Shown piece by piece: positions 1 through 12,395 of a stretch of 64,000 nucleotides of DNA (positions within the stretch are counted from its first letter, which is position 1; each line of letters begins with the position of its first letter). The notes under the pieces were generated by a model. The model was given only the letters and a program-made list of their open reading frames with translations. It was not told the origin of the DNA and ran no database searches. The DNA is from Octopus sinensis. Lineage: Eukaryota. Where the stretch lies: positions 19,716,001 through 19,780,000 of the forward strand of contig NC_043020.1 in NCBI RefSeq assembly GCF_006345805.1, in the 5' to 3' direction. The translations under genes and the position numbers were made by a program.

Positions 1-180
1 GACCCCAAAAAACAGTGACAGGCTAGATCTCTAACAAGTATTTCTTCTTGATACCTTAGTAGCTTCTAAGCTGAAGTGAAGACAGCATGTTCTTTGTCTA
101 TCTCCTTACCTTCTTGGAGGTTTTAGGTAAAATTATACTAATGTGCCCTTCTGTTTTAATTTAATTCAATTCTAAGTATA

Positions 181-562
181 GGCATAGGAGTGGCTGTGTG
201 GTAAGTAGCTTGCTTACCAACCACATGGTTCCAGGTTCAGTCCCACTGCATAGTACCTTCTACTATAGCCTCAGGCTGACCAAAGCCTTGTGAGTGGATT
301 TGGTAGACAGAATCTGAAAGAAGCCCATCGTATATATCATCATCATCATCATCATCATATATATGTACATGTGTGTATATGTTTGTTCCCCAACATCACT
401 TGACAAGCAATGCTGTAACTTAGTGGTTCGGCAAAAGAGACCAATAGAATAAGTGCTAGGCTTACAAAGAATAAGTCCTGCAGTCAATTTGCTTGACTAA
501 AGGCAGTGCTCCGGCATGGCCACAGTCAAATGACTGGAACAAGTAAAAGAGTAAAGAGAGAG
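181..562 (+). mobile_element. SINE family A (tRNA-like head, CORE-like segment, central microsatellite, conserved tail)
   Basis: Head GGAGTGGCTGTGTGGTAAG...GGTTCAGTCCC with A/B-box-like motifs; tail GGCAGTGCTCCGGCATGGCCACAGTCAAATGACTG; >20 similar copies in the window. Confidence 0.85.
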
Positions 563-567
563 TATTT

Positions 568-655
568 ATGCAGCTGAGGATTGCTCTGCATTTAAACTGA
601 TGTAATGGTTGCATTGTTCAATTAAATGGAGTTGCTTGAAACGATCATGCTGCAT
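568..655 (+). ncRNA. Decayed type I hammerhead ribozyme motif
   Basis: Stem I ATGCAG/CTGCAT, core CTGAGGA (574-580), hairpin stem II, GAAA (638-641), near-palindrome ACGATCAT; cleavage-site base is G, so probably inactive. Confidence 0.55.
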
Positions 656-801
656 TACCTCTGGATATCCTGTTGCTTATTTTGATTTTAATCACTTTAT
701 TTTGAAACTAAGTTTATAAAGTGGAACTCATTAAGAGGCCTCGATCAAGGAGGGGAGTATATGAGGAATGGAGATGTCCAAAATGTTTAATTCTTACCTG
801 T

Positions 802-892
802 ATTCACCTGATGAAAACGTTTTTTATTTTTTCGCATGATGTAACACTTCCATTCATCCATAAAAAACACATCCAAAACAGCTGTAGTGAAT
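802..892 (+). ncRNA. Decayed type I hammerhead ribozyme motif
   Basis: Stem I ATTCAC/GTGAAT, core CTGATGA (808-814), stem II GTTTTTTAT/ATAAAAAAC, AAAA replacing GAAA, palindrome ACAGCTGT, GTA site. Confidence 0.6.
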
Positions 893-1212
893 CATAATCC
901 CTCAATTGTTATTTGTTTACCTTTCACCAAACTCCGAACCTGCAATTCATTTAGATCTCTATTCATTTAGATCTCTGGTGCAACAGGTGCAGTGAGTGTA
1001 CCCATGTGTGACCTTGATGATTTGTTGCATATTCAGTCTGCCATTTGTAAATGTATGCACAACCTGAGTACAAATCCGTCCTTACTTTAGTAAGTATGAA
1101 TTTTTCCTTAAATACTGTTTGTACACGATAGAGCTATCACTGACCTGACCTTCGTCTTTACTCTTTAAGTGTCTGATTTCCAGAATTCATTCTGGAAATT
1201 TTATACATATTC

Positions 1213-1478
1213 CTTCTTTTATTTGTTTCAGTCATTTGTCAGCATCCATGCTTGGAGCACTGCCTTCAAGAGTTTTAATCGAACGAATTGACCCCAGGAC
1301 TTCTATTTAAGCCGAGTACTTATTCTATCGTCCTCTCTTGCTGAACCACTAAGTCATAGGGATGTAAACACACCAACACCAGTTGTCAATCAATGGTGGG
1401 GGAGGGGACAAACACATATACAAAGGCATGCACTCACAGATATATACATACATATATATACATATATATATATATATA

Positions 1479-1519
<41 letters not shown>

Positions 1520-1682
1520 TATATATTTGACAGGTTTCTTTCAGTTTGTCTTTTAAATCCACTCACAAGGCTTTGGTCAGCCTGAGGCTATAATAGAAGA
1601 CACTCGCCCAAGGTGCCATGCAGTGGGGCTGAACCCAGAACCATGTGGTTGGGAAGCAAGCTTCTTACTACACAGCCATGCA
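1213..1682 (-). mobile_element. SINE family A
   Basis: Reverse complement of the family A head and tail around a (TA)n core. Confidence 0.85.
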
Positions 1683-3187
1683 ATATATGTATATATATAT
1701 AATACATTAAAAGTCAGCTTTTTTCGAGTGCATACAACATATCTCACCTCCAAAGATTTGGCTGCTATTTCTAGCACGCCCTGCTACCATGTAACAGCTA
1801 TTTGCAATAAAGGACCTGGAATACCTTTTACGTGGTAGCAGGGTGTGCAAGAAATAGCAGCCAGATTTTTCTTTTTTGGGGAAAGGATTACACATGATTT
1901 TAATGTCACATTCATTGAAAGCATGTGAAATAACCTGGAAAAGAAAACAACCCAGGAAACAAAACTCCGTTGCTGGGAAACTCAGATTTCCACAGTGACC
2001 CAACAGGTCATGGGTAGTCTAGTATATTATGTTGTGTATCACCATTATCATCTCATTATCATTATTTAATGTTCATTTTCCATTCTGACATGGAATCCAA
2101 TGAGTTGTAAGGCCATCTCATGAGCTGATAGGATCCAGTGAGCCATAAAGCCATGTCAGAACTCAGTGTCAAGGTTTTTATGGCTGGATGCCCTTCTTAA
2201 CACCAACTACTTTTCAGAATGTACTGGGTACTTTTTTCATGCCACCAGCAGAAGCAGGGTTGCCAAGTAACTTGTAAGACAAGAAAAGAAAGGAACAGAC
2301 CTACCTTCCCATAGACACTCCAACACTTGTTACATGTTAAACTAAGCTGTATTCCAACCTTTTCAGGATGATTCACATCAAGAACCTTACAAACATCTCT
2401 CTTGTTCATTCATGTTACAATTTTGTTCAACTTCCCTCCTCCCACTATGCACAGCTTTCCTCTATGATGAATGATCAAAAGCAAGGTTTTCTCATCCAAG
2501 ATTTTAACCTCCCATGTATTCTTGATGTAGTCCTTACACCTTAATTCTGGTTTAGCACCCATACCATGTATCATCATCCATTTCAAGGGATGAGAGAGAG
2601 AGAAAGAGAGTCAGAAAGAGTGGGAGGTGATCATGTTATTGTTCATGTAAGGATTTCAACACATCATACTAGTATATGTTAGTGAAACAAGGGTAAAGAC
2701 TAAGTAAATTATGATGGTATAATAAAACTTTGAAAAAATTTCACTCTGTAATTTATTCAAATGTGTATAATACCTAATGAAAATCTGAGTACATGGAGCT
2801 TTAAGAAATGATTAACTGTTATGCTATCTCATTTGAAATAGCAACTTTTAATATATATATATATATAACTAGGGACGGCTGATGAAGGGGATTTTTCCTT
2901 GTGTAGTTGTCTTGTACTCTGTTTTTTTGTTGTTAAAGGAATGGTCCATTCCATGCTGTTTTTACGTTTTCGTTTCTCGTTGAGTTCTATGTTTATTTGT
3001 GGTGTCCTGTACACACGTATATGTATTTATATATGCATGTATATATACATGTAGATGTAGGTACGTACATATATGTTTGTATGTATGCATATATTTTATT
3101 TATTACACTATTGTATGACTGAGCGCCTTCGCGTTGATTCGATTCGATTCGTTTGGTTTCGTTTCGTTTCTTCTTCTTCTCTAAGCT

Positions 3188-3231
<44 letters not shown>

Positions 3232-3795
3232 CTAGTGTGAACACACTATCTTTAAGATAGCATGCTTTAAATTGGTTTGATATCATTCTATCATATATTC
3301 TTATAGTGTATATGTGTAAGTATACATATAGCATGCATGTGGGAAGAATACTGGCAAGACATAGAACAGGAATGAAACTAATACCAATAATGGAAAATGT
3401 AGTGTAGAACTATAAAATAAAATATAATTATGCTAAAGCAACATGCATTTATAAAGCAATGAAAAATTACTACTTAAATACTGCCAATATATTTTAATAT
3501 AAACATATATACTATAATACATTTTTAATACAGTTAGTATTCATTACTAAACACAATATCATCATAAATACAATTATTCTATTTATATTCATGTATCATC
3601 AAAATTGAGTCCATTTCATTCACATTATTGTCACCCTTTTGATGCAGACAGAATGAAAGAAATATATTCTTTGTTTATGCATGACTTGCAGTTATATAAA
3701 TATTGTTAGTTACAAAATGAAAGTGAAGCAAAGTAAGCTGATATGGAGATATATAATAGCAATGTAATGTTAATACGACTTATGTTAAGACAATG

Positions 3796-3833
<38 letters not shown>

Positions 3834-3834
3834 C

Positions 3835-4290
3835 ATAACTTAGCTTCTTCATAACATCCACAAGAATGGATATTTTTTAATGAAACTTTCTAAAAATCTG
3901 CTTCTGATGATGTTGTAGATATAATCTGAATTTGTTGTGAAAAAAAAAAAGATTTGCACGGAAGTGGAGAGAGAAGATTCAGAAAATTCACGTGGGTCGG
4001 CTTTCTTTCTTCACAACTTTCAGAAAAATGGGTATTTTTAAATGAAAATTTCAACAAGTATTTTTCAGGATGTGTAGATTATGATTATATCAGAATTTAA
4101 TGTGGAAATACAAATTGGTGTGATAGCACACACATATGCTAACAACAATTTTTTAAGGTTTTTTTGTGAAAAATTTATTTCACAACAAATTCAGTAAAAA
4201 AATTCATATTTCTGAGTTATAAGAAAAGAAATTTGTTGAGGTATGTATATGAAGTATGCTGCAGTAAACCCCAGTCAGTTACTCGGATTT
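3835..4290. mobile_element. Non-autonomous element with internal direct and inverted repeats, copy 1 (MITE or Helentron-like)
   Basis: Motif CATAACTT...AAAAATGGRTATTTTTAATGAAA repeated directly and inverted; similar to 4495-5030. Confidence 0.55.
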
Positions 4291-4362
4291 GAGGGAAAAT
4301 TGCAATGCTATCTCTATAAGGTCTAGCTACAATGTCTTTCTCCTTGGCTCATACATACATAC

Positions 4363-4470
<108 letters not shown>

Positions 4471-4494
4471 CACATGTATGTATGTATGAGCCTA

Positions 4495-5030
4495 GAGTAT
4501 ACTTACACAAATGTGCCCTACTGACTTCATTTCCTCATAACTTCCACAAAAAGTGGATACTTTTTAATGAAATTTTCTACAAATATCCTTCAGATAGTGT
4601 AGACTGGAATTATATCTGAGTTTGTGAAGAAAATGTATTCAGGGAAAGTGGGGAGAGGAAATTCAGAAAATTCGCACAGGTCAGCTTTCTTTCCACATAA
4701 CTTTCAGAAAAATGGGTATTTTTAAATGAAGATTTTGACAAATACCTTTCAGACTATGTAGATTATGATTGTAGAATTTAATCTGTAAATAAAAATTGGT
4801 GGGATAGCACACATACATACTGGCCCTCAACATATTTTTTTTTTCCCCAAAATTTATAATCATAACAAATTCCAAAATAGTACAAATCTACATCATATCT
4901 ACACCATCTGAAGTGTATTTTTGGACAATTTCATTAAAATATATCTATGTTTCTGAAAGTTGTGACGAATGAAATTCGTTGGGGTGCATATGTGTATGTA
5001 TGCTTCAGCTAACAACAGTCGGTTACTGTG
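4495..5030. mobile_element. Non-autonomous element with ~120-bp subterminal inverted repeats, copy 2
   Basis: 4500-4610 is an imperfect reverse complement of 4895-5003; flanked by (TA)n. Confidence 0.6.
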
Positions 5031-5183
5031 TATCATTGCTCATGCATTACAGGAAGTCCATAGTAAACATGTATTATTTTAAATGATAATAGTGTGCATG
5101 TATATATAATATATATATATATATTATATATCACACATGTGCTTTTCTTAGACTATCGTTTTCCTTCTCGCCAGACATTTCTT

Positions 5184-5219
5184 CTTTCTGATGAAGAGCC
5201 ATGCTCAAAACATCACACC
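5184..5219 (+). ncRNA. Decayed minimal hammerhead motif (same type as 52686-52720)
   Basis: CTGATGA-A-GAGC-CAT-GCTC-AAAAC-ATC; GAAA and CG positions altered as expected from CpG decay. Confidence 0.5.
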
Positions 5220-7093
5220 CCTCCCAATCATCTCACAACTCTTCACTTCTACTCCTCTCAATACCCTGACCACTCACCCCCTTCCTCTTCTTGATCTGAC
5301 TCTCCTATCCCTCTTTGCGCTTTCTTGCTTCAACACTCTCCAGATCCCCATTGAGCTGCCTACTCCTTCCCTCCACTGACTTCTGTTTGCCTTCTTCATC
5401 AACCAGTTTACTTTCAAATTTCCCTGCATCATTATTTGAAATGTTTAATAAATATCTCTCCACCTCGAAGACAGAGGCCAAATCTACCTAATGTTTATAT
5501 GCTTCCACTACTGATTGGATATCCTTGACTTTTTGCAAACTACATCTGCCAACATTATTGCATAATTCCAAGACCCCAGAAACAGCTGTTGGACTTGAAA
5601 TACCATACCTTCTCCCCTTAATTTTCTGTGTCTTTGTACTCTAAGCTTTCTCTGTTAATACATAAATATCTATTAATTTATACATCAATATTCATCATCT
5701 GAATACTTTCAGTCTTTGTTTTCTATCTATTTACAAGCAGTTTTATTTGTTTATTTGCATCATTATCTCCATATCTGCTCTCCTGGATTCCTTTCAAAGC
5801 CTCTCTTTACCCTGTGGACTTAGTCCTTTGTAAGGATTTCAGTGTGTAAGTTCAAATCATTTGAGCACTATTAAGTGTTTTCTATATTGAGCATCTCTAG
5901 ATCTCATCTGTTGACTATATATGTAATATATATGCACAGAACAACATTATCTCATTAATAAGACAGACATGTGATGTGTTATTTGGTATATTTATATATA
6001 TGAAGAGAGAGAGAGAGAAAGAGAGACAATAAAATAATCAGGAATGATTGAACATGTTTGGTGAGAAAAAAGAAGTTATTTAGCATTATGGGATGAATTC
6101 TGTTATTGATTTTAAAAGAAAAGTGGAAGGTCAGAAAATCAAATAAGCTGTAAATAAATACATCAGTCATTATTGCTGCCATCACTGGAATATTGAACTT
6201 AATATCCCACCAAAATTTAATCACTTGTACATGTGCTGATGTATATGTTAAGTCATGAAGATTCCAAAGCCAGCTTGAAACGGTAAATTTGGGATATGAT
6301 GACAGACATCATCATCATCACCATGAATATGAGGAAGAGGAAAATATTGGGTAAACGATTAACATAAACTGATAATGAGTTTCATAGTCACGAAAACTAG
6401 TGTCTTGTTCACTGTTGTCTTGTTTATTGTTAGTTCACCAGCATCCCGTTTCAAGTTAATCCAATTCTATTTCCAATCACTGTTAATCTACTAATAACAA
6501 ATCCATTGATAATCCATTAACCCTTAAATGATTTAATTGGAGTACCGTTTTGTTTTTTCATTTTTCCTTGTGCTAAAAATTGTTAGGGTATGAGATTTTA
6601 AAATTCACTTAATCATGTGACTTATTATGAAAATCTTCTTGAGTAAAATGAAAATCTCACTAGTTTTCAATCACAGAAAGTCAAACTAGTAATAAAAAGA
6701 GTTATCTCTCTTGAATAGCTCACTCTTATGGAATTATGAATTGATAAATTGCATATGATGTTGTGAGTAGTTGCTAAATGTTGTAAGAAAAGATTTTTAA
6801 GATGCAACTTAGCACATAATTGTTCAAGAGTAAATTAATGTGTTTCCCTTCTTATGTCTCACTCAGACATGTTTTTGGAAGCTCACAGACATGTTGAGAG
6901 AAGTTATATTCAAACTGGAACTGAATTCTGGGGACAAAAGTTGTAAATTCTGACCCACTGCAATACCATGTTTGAACTGCTTAGTCTCGGTAGTTTATCT
7001 GATCAACAGAGTGAACCAAATATACACAGGAACAATACAGTAGCTCTAGCTGTGAAAAGGTGTGTAGAGAAGGAAGTGGAGTTTTTATTAAGG

Positions 7094-8137
7094 TCAGGGA
7101 TGTAAAACAGGGGGTTTCCAAGCTGACTCTTTATCAAAATATTTATGTTTTTTGTGATACAAGGCCTGAGTGCCAATGATTTCGATATTGTCTTCAGCAT
7201 CTTTAGACAACCATGAAGGAATGGACTGTTTTGTTGAGGTGACAGTTCTAGCTTTTGGAGAATATTGGTCAGAAATGCTTGCGTACCAATTAAGTAATAA
7301 ATTTTTACGACGAGGTGAAGAGGGAAGGGTGTTGTTGAACAAGTTCCACATTCTTTGATTGACACAAGTTTCAAAAGGTAAGTATGAATTACATGTGAAA
7401 TATTTCTGCTCTTTCAAGTCCAATGGAGATTCATTAGCATAGCTAGATAAATTTGGGAAAACTACTTTTGGTTTGTTATAATATATATTACAATCTTTGT
7501 TACAATTTCTGTGAGAGACTTTACTTATATTTGTTAATTGCAATTGTTTATGAATAGATTTGCTATTGGAATGCTGTGACATGGAGATTTTGGAAGAAAT
7601 CCTGGGAAGAAAGAATGTCAGATTACTTTTTGAAGAACTTTCAATAGTCTTCAAATTCTGTTGAACTGAGTCATGGTTTAGCTCTTTTTCCAAAACATTT
7701 GTACCTTCAAATGCTACTTTTCGTTCTCTCCAGTGCCTGAGTTCTTTTGTTAAAGAATTTGGCTCATAACCTGATGCTTTGAGATTCGTATCTTTCAATG
7801 TTCTTTGAGAAAAGGTATTTGGTTGTGCTAAAGTCTTAATGTTTTTACATTCTCTCCAAAGAGATCTTTGCATTGATGTTTTAAACATGGTTGCACAATT
7901 CTTAGATTCTTGTGGGAAAACAATCCAATCATTAGTTATTTCTCTCTGTTCTTCAACTTTGCAACTGCCTTGATCATTCTCAGATGTTGCTACTGAAGAC
8001 AATGATATAGTGCTAATGTTTGGGGTTTCTGAGCTAACATTTTCTTTGAGTTCTCTACGATATTCTTTTGTTTGATTTTTACCAATAGAAACTTTGGACT
8101 TTGGAATAAACACAACTTTTGTTACAGGTTGTAACAT
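7094..8137 (-). CDS. Uncharacterised 347-aa Ser/Lys/Asn-rich protein, apparently encoded by one coding exon
   Basis: 1044-bp ORF in unique, non-repetitive sequence where chance ORFs are short; splice acceptor 72 nt upstream; AATAAA just after the stop (7084-7089); no TE motifs and no family recognised. Confidence 0.7.
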   Translation of the reverse strand: MLQPVTKVVFIPKSKVSIGKNQTKEYRRELKENVSSETPNISTISLSSVATSENDQGSCKVEEQREITNDWIVFPQESKNCATMFKTSMQRSLWRECKNIKTLAQPNTFSQRTLKDTNLKASGYEPNSLTKELRHWRERKVAFEGTNVLEKELNHDSVQQNLKTIESSSKSNLTFFLPRISSKISMSQHSNSKSIHKQLQLTNISKVSHRNCNKDCNIYYNKPKVVFPNLSSYANESPLDLKEQKYFTCNSYLPFETCVNQRMWNLFNNTLPSSPRRKNLLLNWYASISDQYSPKARTVTSTKQSIPSWLSKDAEDNIEIIGTQALYHKKHKYFDKESAWKPPVLHP

Positions 8138-8209
8138 AACTTCTGAGAATTTTAGTGAAATAACGTCTTAGAGGAAATTATTTTCCAGTAATGTTCACAT
8201 TTTCTCTCT

Positions 8210-8235
8210 CTGTAGAAAAGAATAGAAAAGAAAAT
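8210..8235 (-). promoter_or_regulatory. 3' splice acceptor (exon starts at 8209)
   Basis: Minus strand reads TTTTCTTTTCTATTCTTTTCTACAG|AGAGAG, a long polypyrimidine tract plus CAG. Confidence 0.7.
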
Positions 8236-8285
8236 ATTAAGAATATTAAAAATAAGTATAAATACATGCATACATACATACATAT

Positions 8286-8329
<44 letters not shown>

Positions 8330-8448
8330 CAAAAAGTAAAAGAGTCAAAAGGAAGAGTAAGTATGGTTAGCTTCTCCATCCTTTTGACCCTAAATAGCAC
8401 TCTGATATAAAAAGTGACTTTGACCAGTTATTTGGTTTTTGTCATTGT

Positions 8449-8653
8449 CAGTTGAGGTGTGTTCTGTTAAGAATGTATAAGAGTAGAAATAGAACTCATT
8501 CACCCTTAAAATTTCCAAATACTTTTTACTTTTATTTTCACACACGAGGAATACCTAAGACTAGAATTGGTAGCATAGCAGCTATTTAAGAATTCTAAGG
8601 GCGAACGAGCTCTATTTGCACTCTTATACGTTCTTAACAACACACCTCGACTA
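8449..8653. mobile_element. ~205-bp MITE with ~60-bp terminal inverted repeats
   Basis: CAGTTGAGGTGTGTTCTGTTAAGAATGTATAAGAGT... versus ...ACTCTTATACGTTCTTAACAACACACCTCGACT. Confidence 0.65.
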
Positions 8654-8654
8654 T

Positions 8655-8687
<33 letters not shown>

Positions 8688-8701
8688 CTATATATATGAT
8701 A

Positions 8702-9358
8702 TTGATTTTCACTCTCGATAAATTCATCTCCCTTTTGTGTTCCCAGTACTCGGCACCCTAATTTAGGAGCCCTTAACTGTATTACTACATGAATAATATT
8801 TTTCTTTATGATTAATATTTTGTCTTATGACTAATTCGTCTTTTGTGCTGGGCAGCTGGCAGTAACTAATTATTACTACCCTTCTTGTTTATATTCGCAT
8901 ATTACTTGATGAATTTGTTCGTAAAATTCTTCCCGGCATACCCTATACTGCCGTGTAAGTTTTGCGTCTGCGCAGAGATTTTGAAAAGTTAAGATCTGCT
9001 AGTAGTCGAGTTCAACACATGGTCTCACATCGCTGCAGACCTCGATTCAATTTAGGCCACTCGTTGATGAAGCCAGCCTTAGCAAACATATTCTGTGTTT
9101 TGCTAGAAAGAAGTAGAAACTGATCAGTCCGAGGTGTAAAGTTATCGGTAAACGTTTTTGATTTTCACTCTCGATAAATTCATCTCCCTTTTGTGTTCCC
9201 AGTACTCGGCACCCTAATTTAGGAGCCCTTAATTGTATTACTACATGAATAATATTTTTCTTTATGATTAATATTTTGTCTTATGACTAATTCGTCTTTT
9301 GTGCTGGGCACCTGGCAGTAATTAATTATTACTACCCTTCTTGTTTATATTCGCATAT
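8702..9358 (+). mobile_element. PLE/retrozyme-like partial tandem (456-nt unit, 201-bp direct repeats)
   Basis: 8702-8902 matches 9158-9358 with 3 mismatches seen; hammerhead between the repeats; (TA)n on both sides. Confidence 0.7.
9058..9136 (+). ncRNA. Type I hammerhead ribozyme motif, U3 variant
   Basis: Stem I CTCG/CGAG, core TTGATGA, stem II hairpin TAGCAAA.../...TTTGCTA, GAAA (9116-9119), perfect palindrome ACTGATCAGT, GTC site at 9127-9129. Confidence 0.7.
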
Positions 9359-9450
9359 ATATACTATATATATATATACACTATATATACTATATATAAT
9401 ATATATATATATATATTGTGTTTTGTTAAGAATGTATAAGGATGTATATA

Positions 9451-9555
<105 letters not shown>

Positions 9556-9644
9556 GCATGTATGGGTGAATAGTTCAAATTTATAGAAATCAAAAGACGA
9601 AGACAGCAGATGTATTTGTTTGATACTTGGGAAGAATGGAAAAG

Positions 9645-9682
9645 TCTTTGATGTTTTGAGCCTAAGCCCTTTGACAGAAAGA
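9645..9682 (-). ncRNA. Decayed minimal hammerhead motif in a PLE-like fragment
   Basis: Minus strand TCTTT-CTGTCAA-A-GGGC-TTAG-GCTC-AAAAC-ATC-AAAGA; stem I TCTTT/AAAGA. Confidence 0.45.
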
Positions 9683-9779
9683 GTTGAGAGAAAAAAATGG
9701 AGAGGGAAAAAATGTGTAGGGATTAACGGTTCAACATATTGAAATGACCAGAAGAAAAAAAAAGCAATAATGATAAGGT

Positions 9780-10830
9780 AGGGGTGTAGGCATACCTGAG
9801 AAACTTAGTGATTCTGAAAAGATGTATGGAAGTACAATTTTGAAAGGCTGTTAAATATGAAGAATATATGAGAGAAGGAAAGTCTTCCTAATGTGGATTC
9901 AACAGAACGTTGGATCCACATTAGGAAGACTTATCCAATTTCACAGCAGTATGACAGATAAAGCAATTAAGGATATGAAGATAAGGAAAGCTCCTAATTC
10001 ATCAGGATTTATTGTCAAGATGCTTAAAATATCTGGTGGATTAGGATGCAACCTAGTCATCCATACAGCTAGTCAAGTTGTCTAGAAATGTATCATATCC
10101 AATGACAGATGTAGCAGCATTATAGTAAACTGCTAGAAAGGTAAGAGAGATTATTTAGAGAGAAGTAATTACTGATGTACCAAATTGCTGAACCAGATCA
10201 TGAAAGTTATAGAAAGAGTCACAGATCAACTAATTAGGAAGAGAGTTAACCTAGATCAGATGCTGTTTAGTTTTGGTGCTATTTTCTCAGTAAGGCATCT
10301 CTCATCAGATGGTCATCATTGCAGAAGCTTAGGATAGATGAACGGCTGATGGGAGCCATCCAAGACATGTACAGGTTTGCTGTCAGTAAAGTGGAAGTCA
10401 GTATTGGGTATAGCAATGAATCAAGGCCTGGAAGCAAATGGTCTTAGAATTAACTTAGCAAAAACTGAAGTTCTAGTAAGCAGGAAAGCAGACAATTTAG
10501 GAATTCCTTTGGGAAAATAGTGCTGCTTACTATGTAGAAAAGAGTAGGGAGAAATTCCATTCAGTGTCCCCAGTGCAATCTATTGACACATAAGTGGTGT
10601 GGTAGAATGAAAACAAGGTTAAAAGGGAAAGAAGTCTTTGTCTGAGAGATGTGCAGGAACAATAATCACCAAGAACACACAGGAAATAGATTTCCTCAAA
10701 TGTCCAGGAGGATCTTTAGAGGTACTGAATAATTGGTGTTACCTAGGTGATCTAATTAGCAGTGGAGGAGGATGTTCTGTAAGCGTAATCACTAGAATTT
10801 GAACTGGTTGGAGAAAGTTCAGGGATAAAC
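9780..10830 (+). pseudogene. Heavily degraded RTE LINE ORF2 fragment (RT and Cys-rich region)
   Basis: Translates to AIKDMKIRKAPNSSGFIVKMLKISG and other segments homologous to 12396-14213; many stops and deletions. Confidence 0.85.
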
Positions 10831-11334
10831 GAGGCTAAAGAACAAAATAATGAAGAAAAAAACAAAAAACAAAGAATAGAATAGTAAATACTAGAATTCT
10901 GGATGATAAGTAGTCTAAAAGAAGATTATTATAATTCAAAGACAAAAAGAAAGCATCTCTATAATGATCTCAGAAAGCTTTTATTAATGTAATCCACAAA
11001 GCTATTAGGAAGTTGCAGAAATGTACAACACATTCTACACAAGACACTTTCAAATTCATCAACACAAATCATGTCTCAAACTCAGATCTGGCATAGATGA
11101 GGCAAAATTTATTGAGGGAGATTTTCTACAACCAGATGCTCATCCAGTTGCCAACTCTCACCTGCTTCCAGGTAAGGCAATATCTCCTCTAGTCTTCCAA
11201 ACACAAACTGAACAATGACCAGACATGTTTCCATGGAAGATTTCCAGCAAAAAATGCCTCTTGTACAATAATGATGGCACTTGTTTATAAATTGCACATT
11301 ATATCAGAACAAGGAGACATGCACACACACACAG

Positions 11335-11500
11335 AGCTGTGTGGTAAGAATCTTGCTTCCCAACCAAATGGTTCTGAATTCAGTCCCACTGCATGGCACT
11401 TTGGGCAAGTGTCTTCTACTATAGCCTCAGGCCGACCAAACCCTTGTGAGTGGATTTGGTAGACGGAAACTGAAAGAAGCCTATTGTGCATATGTGTATG
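11335..11500 (+). mobile_element. SINE family A head
   Basis: GCTGTGTGGTAAG...TTGGGCAAGTGTCTTCTACTATAGCC; the following (TA)n hosts the RTE insertion. Confidence 0.8.
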
Positions 11501-11518
11501 TATATATATATATTATAT

Positions 11519-11574
<56 letters not shown>

Positions 11575-11641
11575 ATATATATGTATATACATATATATAT
11601 ATATTATATATATTATATATATATATATATATATACATATA

Positions 11642-11674
<33 letters not shown>

Positions 11675-11885
11675 GTGCATATATATATATATTTATATAT
11701 ATATGTATATATCATCATCATCATCATCATCATTTAACGTCCACTCTCCATGCTAGCATGGGTTGGACGGTTCAACTGGGGTCTGGGGAGCCCGAAGGCT
11801 GCACCAGGCCAGTCAGATCTGGCAGTGTTTCTACAGCTGGATGCCCTTCCTAACGCCAACCACTCCGAGAGTGTAGTGGGTGATT

Positions 11886-12160
11886 TTATGTGCCACCGAC
11901 ACAGGTGCCAGATGAGGCTGGCAAATGGCCATGCTCGGATGGTGTTTTTTATGTGCCACCAACACAGGTGCCAGACGAGGCTGGCAGACGGCCACGCTCG
12001 GATGGTGTTTTTTATGTGCCACCGACACAGGTGCCAGACGAGGCTGGCGAACGTCCACGATCGGATGGTGTTTGTTACGTGCCCACAGCACGGAGGCCAG
12101 TCGATGCGGTACTGGCTACGGCCACGTTCGGATGGTTTTCTTATGTGCCACCGGCACTGG
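11886..12160. repeat. ~59-bp tandem repeat (about 4 units) in the RTE 3' UTR
   Basis: TTTATGTGCCACCGACACAGGTGCCAGACGAGGCTGGC...TCGGATGGTG repeated. Confidence 0.85.
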
Positions 12161-12395
12161 TACCACAAAGATACAAATTCCATTGATGTTCATCTATTTT
12201 GATTTGGTTTGATTTTTCACTTGCCTCAACAGGTCTTCACAAGTGTCACAAGAAGGAAGGTATGCACAGGTGGACTGACTACGTCCCAGGTAGGGGCCAC
12301 GGGTTATGGCCTCACTAGTCTTGCCGGGTCTTCTCACGCACAGCATACTTCCATAGGTCTCAGTCTCTAGTCATTTCCTTGGTGAGACCTAAAGT

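Noticed and set aside
793-815. Apparent 10-nt microexon CAG|GTGAATACAG|GTAAG on the minus strand
   Set aside because: Weak polypyrimidine tract; better explained as stem I and core of the + strand hammerhead remnant
2870-2915. CTGATGA-AGG...CCT hairpin in a PLE-like fragment
   Set aside because: No GAAA or stem III follows, so it cannot be called a hammerhead
11484-11853. YI/IY-rich ORFs, here and at 4332, 9332, 45752 and 57769
   Set aside because: Translations of (TA)n microsatellites
11734-12212. Several 86-150 aa ORFs with repeats
   Set aside because: They lie in the tandem-repeated RTE 3' UTR, on both strands, with no coding signature
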